Positions 24,489 through 35,650 of a stretch of 64,000 nt of DNA are shown one piece after another; the stretch's first letter is position 1; each line of letters starts with the position of its first letter. Source of the DNA: Atractiella rhizophila. Its lineage: Eukaryota. The stretch lies in contig MU271182.1 of NCBI GenBank assembly GCA_021432655.1, positions 124,001 to 188,000 on the forward strand, given 5' to 3'. The notes beneath the pieces were generated by a model. The model was not told where the DNA came from and did not search any database. It was given only the letters and a program-made list of their open reading frames with translations. The position numbers and the translations under genes were made by a program.

Positions 24489-25212
24489 ATGAAAGCTGCG
24501 TACAGATATAAAAGTCCTATGTGAAAAACCAAAGGCTAAACACTACTAGCGAAAAAAGAAGGCTAGACATGAAAGACAAACAAATCATGCAATCTGTCAC
24601 CCTACAAGCTGGGGGCAAGGACACCCTGAAGCTGGCGTTGATGTGAGACTTACTGAGCATAATGGGGACACTTAGATGTTCGCCCCTGTAAAGAGATCGT
24701 GCTGGAACCTTGCTATTTAGCTTGGGGTCACCAAGTCCGAGGGACGCCGTGCAAAACCCTACCGGATGATGCGGGTATGTTCAGCAGGAATCGGCGGGGT
24801 AATCCGAATGCTGCAACATCTCATAAGAGGTCATAGGGACATTGGCAATGGACCCTTCTAGAGGCGACCATGAGGTGGGTCTCTCTCAGGAGAAGCCTTC
24901 ACATCGAACCCATCGGGGAGAAAGATGTGTCGTCGTTGACACAAAGAAAAATATCTCCATCCTTCGATGCGAGACTGAGGCGAGGCAGTGCCGAGCGGAC
25001 AGGCCCTCCCAGACTTCAGAGGGAAGTTGGCTTCGTCGTCTCTGCCTCCATCTGTACATGTGTCAGGCTCAAAAAGATGTTTATGACGATGAGCGAGCGA
25101 CGATGATTGAGTCTGAGGAAATCACAACAATACATCGCCTAAAGAGCTTGATATCCTCCCTCGCCCTGTGGGGAGATGTAGTAAGAGCCCATCATGAGGA
25201 TTTGAACCCTCA

Positions 25213-25530
25213 GAGGTAGCAACCTCTGCCTTGCAAGTCAATCTGCCCGATTGAGGACAAAGATCCTCATGATGGGAGTTTGCTGAGCGGCCAGCAACCA
25301 CCTACACAGTTACGTCCCGACAAACCAAGATAGGAAAGGGAGCCGTCCTCGTGCAGCTGGATCTCAGAGGCAAATCCATCACACAGAAGCTGATGGCTCG
25401 AAGGTAGCAACCTCTGCCTCGCAAGTCAATCTACCGCTCGAGTGGTGAGCAGAATCTGATGGAAAGCCCTCATATGCTCGTCAGCACCTCCTCTGCACGG
25501 TTACGTCTTGACAAACCAAGATATGACAAA
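25213..25530 (+). repeat. Diverged tandem duplication, period ~190 bp
   Basis: AGGTAGCAACCTCTGCCTYGCAAGTCAATCT at ~25214 and ~25402; GTTACGTCYYGACAAACCAAGATA at ~25309 and ~25500. Confidence 0.75.
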
Positions 25531-25828
25531 GGCAGACGAGTATGAAAAGAGTATCCTGACCCCAAAGAAGACTTTGAGGATCAAGACGCCCTTGTGGTGC
25601 TCCAAACTGTGAAGACATGATACGACCCACATCGATGCAAACCTCAAGCTCATAATCAATCCCTTGAACTTTGATGCAAGACTAAACATGTACACATGAA
25701 AGGCGGCCCTCAGAACACTTCTGAGACGTTATGAGGCGGCCCTCGCCCCAAAGAAAGTCGAAGGAATCAATAGAACTCAGCCTCTCATGGTGCAATGACA
25801 ATACTGAGATGAATCGAATGCATCACAT

Positions 25829-26636
25829 TTATTTCTTAGCCTCCAACTCTATGAACTGACCCCAAGGTACCTTGTGGGGCAATACAGAGTGCCTTTTGCA
25901 AAAGTCAATAGCCTCCTTCTCCAGATCATGATCTGCAGAATCATCATACTGCCAACCCTCCTTCTCCCTCCTCCTGATGATCGCTCGGAACTGTCTAGGC
26001 GATAAACGACAGTATATCTCTATAAACATGGATTAGGCGAAAATATGAAAAGAAATAGGATAGAGAACGAACCTATTGGGACCACAGCAGTCAAGAAAAA
26101 GTTCTTGGACCGTGCCCACACCATGGGATCGCCATAAGTGGTCCTATGACTGCCCCTCGTGCCTTGACGCCGATACCAGGCTACAGGATAGGGTTCATAG
26201 CGCCTCCTACATCCAAAAATGCGCTAATGTGAGACAGGAATCGAGAGAACTCACCTCTTCTCCCCTGGATGAAGCAGAACGGGGAACTGTCCATCCATAA
26301 AGCACACTGCAGAGTTGACGATATATGAATTCATGAGGGTGGAGAATTCATCACTGATGGGACCATAAGAGAGAACCAAGGGAACATTCTCATTCTCTCC
26401 CATGACCCAACGCTTCACTGTGATGAAAACCACAAAGATCAGAAAAAGATAGGAAGATACACAAGCAAAGAACATACCTGCTTTTGGAAAAACATTGTGA
26501 CAGAGATCATTGCCATTGAAACTGATCCACCCTTCATTGATACCTTTCCCATGACCAGAGGATCCAAAGAAATAGAGTATTTCTCTCTAACAGCATCAAA
26601 CAAGGTATGAAGGGATGTCACATTGCTTCCAGACAT
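25829..26636 (-). CDS. Hypothetical multi-exon protein
   Basis: ATG ~50 bp downstream of a minus-strand TATATAAA (~26687-26694); collinear ORF pieces with plausible GT-AG introns; no recognisable domain. Confidence 0.45.
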
Positions 26637-26682
26637 GATGGAAAGTCTGTAGATTGATGGAGAAAGGCCACACAGAGCCAGA

Positions 26683-27747
26683 GCAGTTTATATACCCTTC
26701 TCCCCCTGCTATATGGGGCCATCGCTTATGCAGCTTAGTAGAAGCTCCTCACAGCCTTTCAGGCTGAATTTTCGGCCACAAATCAACGCAGTGGAGCAAT
26801 GTGTATGCCCCACAAAACAGGAGCTCCACCTGTTAGCCTAATGATCAATTAAAATCATCGGACCATCCACTCAAGACCAGGAGACCCGCTGATGAAATGA
26901 TGCAAAAAATAGGGATCCCACAACACTGTACCATCGAAAATGGGCAGAATAGACGGCCTCAGGACCCTCCATGACGCTTACAAATGCAGGAGCCCCACCT
27001 GTTAGCCTAATGATCAAATAAAATCATCGCATCATCCACTTAAGACCAGGAGACCCACTGATGAAATGATGCAAAAAATAGTGATCCCACAGCACTTTGC
27101 CATCAAAAAGGAATGGAATAGACGCCTCAGGACTCTCCTTGACCGCCCTGAATCATCCAGAGCATCCCCATTTAGCACAAGGAGCATATGATGCGTTGCC
27201 ACCTCATCTTGAGGAACAGGGAAACGCAGGAGAGACAGCCCATAGAGAGGGTGTCAGGACCGTTTGAGCGACCAAAAAGGCGCCAAAAAGACCACATTCC
27301 ACCATATTTCCTTACACATAAGGACTCAACGTTGCAATGAATAAAAAAAACACAAGAAAGAACCTCAGCCTACGCTGAAGCGCAGACAACAACTCTGCAT
27401 GATGCGATGGGCAATCCCCATCAATTCCTTCACTTATAAACCACCCAGAGCGCCTCCCAAAGAGCCCTCACCATCACCAGAACTGAAGAAGCCTTAGTGA
27501 AACAGGATCTAGCCAGTCTTGTCTTCTGGTGGAACCCCTCATCTCACACCCCACTATCGCTCCTCCCCCTCTTGCTCCTAGTTATTTACTGTTGGAAGTG
27601 TCTGGGAGGAACATATCAAGAAGGGAGAAGCTACACTATGAGTGTTTTGTCTTTGGTTCGCTTTGGAGTCCCACTTTGTTGGACACTGATGGTTCTGCCC
27701 TCTCCTGTTGATGTTGGTCCCACCTTCATCCCTAACCCTAACCCTAA
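26683..27747 (+). repeat. Full-length copy A of ~1.05-kb dispersed repeat ending in telomeric TAACCC units; internal ~170-bp tandem duplication
   Basis: Collinear with 58094-59129 from GCAGTTTATAT to CCCTAA. Internal repeat units start at ~26818 and ~26987. Confidence 0.95.
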
Positions 27748-28176
27748 AGCTCATGGGACTCACCCTGACCCTGACCCTAACTTAACTCCGTCCCCCAGCC
27801 AAATTTGACTGACAGAACAGTTCCATTGCGAAGGAATAGTAGTAGCCAAGGCAAGGTTTTAGACCGGATCTCATTCCTGACAGAATTAGGGTTGAACCCT
27901 AACGTACTGTTAGTAGTAGGAATAGGAGTAGACATCATCATTGCAGACCATGAGCACACAAATGATAGCCACAAGCAAAACAGACCTAAGAGATACCATT
28001 GTTGTAAATGAGTCACGGATCTGTGAAGAACCTTATATGCAAGCAAGGATTGAATAACCAACTCCAATGAAAAAAACTCCAAGTACCCCTAAACAAATAC
28101 TGATACTTTATAACAGCTCAGTTGGTTCTCAGTGCCTATGGCAGAGAAGTCTTTTCAGTCACTAATGTGCTAGTTT

Positions 28177-28917
28177 TCAAAGACAGGAAGAACTTTGAAG
28201 GGTTTGGTCAACTGGGCACCGCTGAAAATGCTCTTGTATCTTAATTGGTTGGGGGAATGGGGGCCTTCTAAAATTTCTGAGTTCAGAAGCCACGATGTTA
28301 ATGCATGCTGGGTTGACAATCCACGTGTTGTGGCAGTCCGTGTTCGCAAGGTTCCTCAGGTAATGATCCAAAGCCACTCCTTTCATCCAAGAATTGAAGG
28401 AGGTGTGTTTGTCAGTTGGATAAACCTGAGTGATGTTTGAGAAGACTGAAGGATATATCTCTCGAGGAAAGCAGAAGACTTGCGTCTCCTTAGTTCCACG
28501 CATGTGGGTCTGAAGATATATCTCTTGCGTGATGGATCGGGGGGATCCTTTGGTCAACGCTACGTAAATGTCCTGCTGAGCTTGAGCGAGCCTAATGCGA
28601 GACGAGCCGTTTGGTGTCTCCCAAATGTAAGAGCCTGTGTTGAAATCTGGTGTTGTCATATCAGAAGGGACTGTGATAAACTGAAAGATGGGGTTTGGAT
28701 CGGTAGTGCGCAAAATCGAGTCTAGAATCGCAGCGAGTTCTGGTGGGATTTCTTCCACAATTGCAGTTGAGGCGGGGGGGGAAAATATGCAACGCAGGCC
28801 ATACATCACGGTGCCCAGAACTCTCGGTGGAAAAACGCAAGTCTGGAAAGATGGTGTCATATGTAGCCTGGGTTGTGTCATCCTCATCGAACTCTGGCTT
28901 GAAAAGAAATTGCCCAT
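28177..28917 (-). CDS. Hypothetical protein (246-aa ORF, probably with an upstream exon)
   Basis: Long open frame preceded by a possible splice acceptor (TTTGTAG); no recognised motif. Confidence 0.45.
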   Translation of the reverse strand: MGNFFSSQSSMRMTQPRLHMTPSFQTCVFPPRVLGTVMYGLRCIFSPPASTAIVEEIPPELAAILDSILRTTDPNPIFQFITVPSDMTTPDFNTGSYIWETPNGSSRIRLAQAQQDIYVALTKGSPRSITQEIYLQTHMRGTKETQVFCFPREIYPSVFSNITQVYPTDKHTSFNSWMKGVALDHYLRNLANTDCHNTWIVNPACINIVASELRNFRRPPFPQPIKIQEHFQRCPVDQTLQSSSCL

Positions 28918-31483
28918 CTACAAACAGAATCATCAGATGATGCAAGGTGAGGAAGCAAAAAGAAGCCTTGCATTTGAGAGTTCAAAGCAGGGCTTGTTGT
29001 CTTGCTGTCCCCCAATACATTAGAAGGCAAAACAAAGCTGTCTTTTGAACATTCATAGAAGGAACCTATACTAACTTGTTGGTCTCATCGGACTTCTCCT
29101 CACCCAGAAATCGTTGAACCTGAGGTTCATCAGAATCAGAGAAGGAAGAAAAAGATCAATTGCATTGCAGACATCATGAGAGGAGTGCTTACCTGAGGTT
29201 CATCAGAATCAGGGAAGGAAGAAAAAGATGAACCTCAGGAAGCCGACGTGAAACTACGGGAGCAGACGGAATTGAACATGAAGAATGCGTGAGCAAAGAG
29301 ATGACAACAGAACAATTTGTTGTTCAAATCAAATGGACGAAAAGAAATAAAAATGAAAGCCAGAATCTTCAACAGAAATGATGCAAGTCGAAGCATTGTC
29401 GCCAGCCACACCACTGTTTTCGATGCTGTGTGCCACCCAATTTTCCTGTTCTTCCCTACCACTAACGAGCATATGACGCACCTTCAGCGGTTTCCCACCT
29501 ACTCCATCGTTGAGCATCTTCTCCTGCTTGGCACAAAGCCCCATATCTTTCTTTATTCACTTTCGCCAGTAGTGGTCCATTACGAAGCAGATTTCACAGC
29601 AGACACATCGGAGTACCTGAGAGGCATTATGGAGTGGGTGTATGACTTGGAGAGGGATGTGTGAGTACGATTGTGGCATATTCGTTGGATTGGATCGTTG
29701 ATGTCAAAACCTACCCTAACCCTACTACCTCACGAAGGAAAAATGCTGTCCAAACCTGCATGTTGGTGGTAAGCAGGAGACCTGACGACAAAATAGAGTT
29801 CCTGCGTGTAGCCATCAGGTCACCTGCCGAAAGAGTTTTCACGGTGTTCAGATATACGTCGTAACGACTTGAAGAGTTGCCAATCACGTTGGATTTGATA
29901 CACAGACGATGTGCCAGCAGCAGATCTGGTTGATGGTTCGTCGTGAAAGTGAGAGAACGATGTACTAGATAAAGCCTTCCTGCTAGCTCGCGATCCAGGT
30001 GAAAGTTTGATACGTCCCACTTGCAGTTATGCTGTTGACTGGGCTTCACAGACAGCCGGAAATGACGACCAGATATGAAGGTGGTAGCTGTCCAGCTTGG
30101 TGGAAAGGATGGTGAGCTCAAAGCGTACAAGACGATACGAGACTTCGTTAACCCATGGATTCTCATAGATATATCACGAAGTTTCTCTTCTGTACTGGGG
30201 AAAACTGATAGACCACACTGCCTTCAGATGTTTTTGAGTGAGGCACTGGCTTAGGACACTTCACGACACAGAGCTCACACAGCGTGTTTCGTACGATGTC
30301 CTCTGGTTTCACGAAAACACAAGGTGATTGAGTAGTGCTTGTCGACACTGTTGAACCAGGGGCTCCCTCATGAGGATTCTTGGGGTTATCCACTGTGAAG
30401 TCTGGCCAACATGGGGACATGTTGGTGAAAACATGGGAGGGACATCCGTGTCAAATGAGCTGAACATTCAAACTACAAACGAGACCCAACAAGAACATTG
30501 GCTCATCAACAACAGAGGAGAAGTCTGACCCTCTTGCCCTTGCTCCATCGTCCCTGTCGCTTCTTTCATCATGCCAGCAACAGATGACAAAAGCGAACGA
30601 AACTCCAGAAAACATAAGGTAAATTAGGGGAGTGTCTGTCACCATCCAATTACGATTTTCAATGATTAGTGGTTGTGCAGTGCTGTCTGCATGGTATGCC
30701 ATTGACATACCTGGGTAGTTACTGCTGATTGATGGACCAAGGAGTGTAGAAGGGGAAAGCTTGAATGTGATAATGTATCTGTTTTTGTATGTAGTGATAT
30801 GGATCTGCCTTCACAGACGATACCTTGCAGATGCTGCAGCCCCAAGTGAGCGATCCTTCCTGAACCAACCACATGCTGAGTTAGATTGAAGGAGGGTTGG
30901 CGCAAGTAGCGGAAAGCAAGCAAGGATTCCCCCCCTGCTTCCTCCCTCACAGGAGTTGACCTCCAACCCGAACCAAGGTCAGACAAGCTCGAGATCCCAG
31001 AACCATGGCCAGATGCCCCAGACGTCCAATACAAGACAAGGGTTCCCTACATTCCCCGTCTCCCCTATGGCGCCAGCCATCACAAAATCCCCCAGATGCG
31101 GTTATTGAGGATCGATCACGTTCTCCTAATCGTGCTCTGCCAGCTCAGGCAAATGCATTGGTCCAATCAAGAAAGGAGGTGAAACGTAAAGTCATCAGGC
31201 CGAATCGGGTGAACATCGAAGATATGAAGACAGTGCGTGCGCAAGAGGATGGAGGGTGTGAATGTGGATTTTGCGTTTAAGATCGGTGCTAGGAAGAGAA
31301 CAGATCCGTGCACATGGAATGTGAAGCTGTGCGGTGGGCAGAAAGAGAAAATGTGGGTGGAGGATGTGGTGAGTGAAATAAAATATGGTTACGAAAGCGA
31401 TAGGTGTATTAAGGAGTAGAAGACGAGCGTGCCGAGTGATACAACCATGGGGCTATGGAAAGTTTAAACCTAGGACTCCTCTG

Positions 31484-32517
31484 CCCCCAGGGATTTGGCC
31501 GCTCTCGCAATTGCGCTGTAGTTTGGCGAAAATTTGCAGACAAAACTGGTGGAACAGGTCTTAACCCTGACACCACCGACCATGAGCTAACGCTCTTGGT
31601 TAGGGCTTTGGAGATGTGAAGGTTACAGGAGTGTGTAGGCTCAAAAGGTAGTTGGCAGTGTATTGGGTGAAAAAATCCTCATCTTGATATCAAAGCACGA
31701 CCCGGTTTTTAGCATGACGCACATGTACAGATCTGGTGCAGGAAATCGCTCACAGACGAACCCTTATGGAGCCGTGCCCCATCTGATACTGTCACATCTT
31801 TGTCCTCACCTCATTCGAAACCTCGAGCAATCCGCACCAATGCCTTCAATGCTGGCTCGACATTGTCCAACTTGACAGCAGGGTGCAGCTCCAGAGCCGA
31901 AGGACATGAGGCCAGCAATCTCACAGTTGGGTCCCCATATCCGCTTTGCCTCTTCAACCGCTATTGCTGCAGGATTGTCGCAACCTATAGCCAGTAGAAT
32001 CCGACTGCACAACTACTCGTCGTCCAAGGTTGGTTGGAGTCAAAGTCGCCCTCTTGGCATTCAAATCTCCCAAAAATTCTGTCACGAAACTCTTTTGAGC
32101 CCCTGGTCCTTTTTCAGCTCGAAACCCGTCCGCGCCGCGAGAGCCAAAAAAAATTGCAGTATGAGGGTGTGGCAAGGTTGAAAATGAGGGTCAATGAGGT
32201 TTAAAAGCGCCTTGCCATCCCCAAACACTCTGTAAGACCTGTCGGATCCAGCGAGGTGAAGAAACAAAACATGGAGTGCCTAACCATCCCCAAACAGTTT
32301 GGAAGGATTCGGAACAGGGAAGAAAATCCAGCAGACCCGCCGCCCAAGGGGTCAGATTTGGTCGGCAATAAAACTGGTGGACCAGTTTTGACCTGCTTTT
32401 TGGCCGCAAATTTTCTCAAAATTGAAGCGCAAAAACCATTTTTCGCTTGCAGCCTCCAGCCGCTTGCGCAACCCCCTGGGGGTGACCAGTTTGCCCAAAC
32501 TGGTGCTACCCTGGGGG
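31484..32517. mobile_element. Putative non-autonomous TIR-type unit (CCCCCAGGG...CCCTGGGGG) containing a patatin gene fragment
   Basis: 9-10-bp terminal inverted repeat; AAACTGGT-type subterminal motifs at both ends; no clear TSD. Confidence 0.5.
31770..31995 (-). pseudogene. Fragment of NLR patatin exon
   Basis: DNPAAIAVEEAKRIWGPNCEIAGLMSFGSGAAP aligns to NLR2 DNPTAIAVEETKRIWAQSSEIACLVSLGSGVAP (44560-44770). Confidence 0.9.
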
Positions 32518-32706
32518 CCGGAATGCCTGGGGGTCGAGGGCACAGTCAAGAACAATTCACCATTCTTTTGCACCAGAGCCTTGCCGGTAGACTTTGCTTG
32601 TTGAAATCGCTGTAGCTTGAAAGTCGGGAGTGTACTGTACCTTTTTCCCTCTTCGTGCTTGCACTTTTATCGAGTGGCACTAGTGACATTTGTGAAAGGC
32701 TTTCTG

Positions 32707-34204
32707 ATGGCGTCGATTTGATCGCTCCCTGTTGAGCTGCTACTCAAGATATTCGAAATACTTGCCATGCACTGGATCGAGGAACGACGAGATTATACGC
32801 GCGATAGGCATCTGCCATCTGTCTGGTTGACCACTCGTTCGAACAGCCAAATCCTACCTTGCTCGCTGGTGTGCAAACAATGGAGCGAGCTCTCCCTACC
32901 CTATGTCGATTGGTTACTTAGACTTTCTACTGCGAATATGGACAAGATTCTTTCGTTCATACGCCAGTCGCCCACGCGTCGAGCCAACATTAAGCACCTG
33001 TTCGTTAACTTTCCAAAATCGTCGCAAGAATCCGAAGACGTAAATTGGGCGGCGCTTTGGGATGTTTTCAGCGAAGTCTTAAAGTCCGTAGGAGATCAGC
33101 TGCAAACTATGGATGTCATGCTGTGGTGGATGAAGCGTCCAGCACCAGAAGCTCGTATTCGATTGCCCTCGAATTTAAGTCATCTTTGGATGCGAACGAG
33201 TAGCGGCATGACCGATCCAGTTCTTCAAAATTGGTTTACCGGTCTAGAAGAATGCAAATATTTGCGATACCTCCACTTACGAGATATTTATACATCACTG
33301 TCCTCTCCAGCTTAGTTTGCACTCTACGAACTCATTATCAGCGCCATTCTGCCTCCAGACCCGGCTTTTTTCTCAGCATCAGCGAGGACTCTTAAGTCTC
33401 TTACAGCATTTCGATCTGCGAGCTTCGACGGGCGAAGCATATCTTCAATTCTGGCGTGCGTTCTTCCCGCTCCTCCACCTCGTCAAAGACACTCTGGAAG
33501 AGCTGGACATGGATGGGCGTTCTGAAGACGCCTGGTTGCGACATGTTGGAGAAGATCAACTTGTCGCTCCGATCTTACCACGTTTAATGACGCTTAAACT
33601 GTCCACAGACTTCTTGGGAAACCTGGTTGATTCTTTCCCAGACCTCCGCCTCTCATCGCGTTTGGTGAGATTGAAGCTGAAAAACGTCCCAATCACGTCG
33701 ACGACGCAGGATACGCAAGTTCGGGCTCGAGAGTTCCAATGTAACTTGCAGCATTTGCAGAGATTGACAATCCGTGGCAGTACCGAGGACTTATCGATTG
33801 GGATGGCGCAACTTGTATTCGATCCCACATTGCGTCCTCAGAGGCTCATGCGACTTGACACCAACGTAACGACATTCAAATCCTCAGAGGAACTCAAATC
33901 TTTCCTGCAGATGACACAACCCCGAATGCTCGACATCTCTGTAGAGAAGTGTTTCGAGGTCTTGGACTTTCTCCTCGCATCAGGTCACACGATCCCTGAC
34001 ATCCAAGAGATGTCCATCGTGGGCAGATTCTCCAGTTCGTATTTTAGTTCATCATCATTTACAAAAGGTTCTTGCGCTGCCAAACGTCTCAACTTCGGGT
34101 TTTATATTTTGTCAAGCTTCGACAGTCAAGGATTCGAACCTCTGATCGCCTATCTTTCCGGCACAGCCTGGACGGATCAGTTGCATATTCTAGCACGCTC
34201 ATGA
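32707..34204 (+). pseudogene. F-box protein with LRR-like C-terminal region (early TGA at codon 5, frameshift ~33310)
   Basis: MASI*SLPVELLLKIFEIL...CSLVCKQWSEL F-box pattern; LxxLxL repeats (LSHLWM, LRYLHL, LEELDM, LMTLKL, LVRLKL, LQRLTI). May extend further via introns. Confidence 0.7.
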
Positions 34205-35544
34205 ATACATTTATATGCTGAATACCTTCGTAAAGTCTGACTTTCGGATTCATGACGACAAAAAGCAACTAGAGAGTCATCTAACTGCCGACTTTCTTCA
34301 TTTCTTTATTTCTTGACGAGGGGAAGCATGCCTGATCGTTTTTTAATGAAGGTTCCTCATTGATTACCTCAACACTACATGCTGCTGGATGAAAATGGTC
34401 AAACGGACGATTTTGACATCCTATTGGCTAATTTACAGAATTTATTGATCATCGAGCTGGCAGGTAAACTACAACCATTATATCCTATTCAAAAGCAAAA
34501 CTGTTTTCTACTTCAATGTACCTAGGGAGACTTCCAAATCACAATGGCTGAATCCAATTCCCTCTCGCCACGCGCTCTGCCCACCAGCTCCACAAAGCGA
34601 TACACCACCAACTACGGCATAACAGCCCAACCCAACTTCTACATAGAGCTTCTCGAGACTCCTGCGCTCTTTGGACTAGGCAATAAAGTCTGGATACCTG
34701 TGAGCTATGCTGTATGGGCACCATGGATGGCCACCACCCCTAACAGCGCCGCCTGATGTGGGTTTAATCGTTAGGATTTGGCGCGGCAGGAGGAGGTGAT
34801 GTTTGAGATAGCGCTTAGATGAAGTAAAGAGGAGGAGAGGACGAGGAGGGCGAAATTTGTGAGGGTGAAGAGGAAGGAGGAGGTTAAGGAGCTGGAGGAG
34901 GAGGCGAGGAAGGAGAGGCTTTCCCATCCTTCTTTGACTAGGAAAGCAGATACATCTTGTCCTGTGATATCGCAGAAGATTCCATCGCCTGAAACTGGAA
35001 TGCATCCACTTCGCCCACCCTGGATATTAACTGGTTCACATCTCCTCCACCATTACAGTCTCCCAAAGCCAGTGCTGACACCACCTCCAAACCGACCAAG
35101 CTTATCAATTCGCCCGTATCCTACTTCCCCACCTTCTCATCAAAAGAATCCGAGCCTCAACAAAGCGGTTTGGACGAATGGGAAATCATCAGGCGTCCTG
35201 GTTCCCTCCTATTGTATCGCCTGCAAAAACAATGGCGGCTCCTATTCTTTTTTCTCCTAAAGCAACCTTGCTGCAACTCCCATCACCAGTTAAAACCAAA
35301 CTCTTCCCACACCTCAGTCCTAACGTGATGACCACACCGCCAACAAAATCTCTCGATATCTCAGTGCTCATACCCTCACTCGATGTTGACAAACCTCTTC
35401 AAAACGCACCAGCACTGACTCCTCCACAAAAGGAGGAGGATGAGAATGCGGATGAACAGGATGACAACTATTCCATGTACACAATAGAAGAAGTGACGGA
35501 GCCGACGATGTCAGGAGATCGTCCATGCTCACTCTCTATGAAAA

Positions 35545-35650
35545 CAGGGTTCAGTTGAAACTCAGTCAATTCCGTCGAATCTCAGTCAACCCACAGTAAA
35601 AATTCAGTCTGCCAACATTGACTAAATTTAAAGTCAGTCATTCCTCAGTG
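35545..35650. mobile_element. Possible CACTA/CMC-type transposon terminus
   Basis: Clustered TCAGTCA(A) motifs ending in TTCCTCAGTG (CACTG on the minus strand); partner end not found. Confidence 0.35.

Noticed and set aside
26880..27120. Hammerhead ribozyme (CTGATGA in each ~170-bp internal unit)
   Set aside because: I could not form stems I-III, and the downstream GAAA is not conserved across the four units. An Infernal search would settle it.
27731..27747. Telomerase RNA template or true telomere
   Set aside because: The tract is multi-copy, variable in length, interstitial, and at the end of the homology block.
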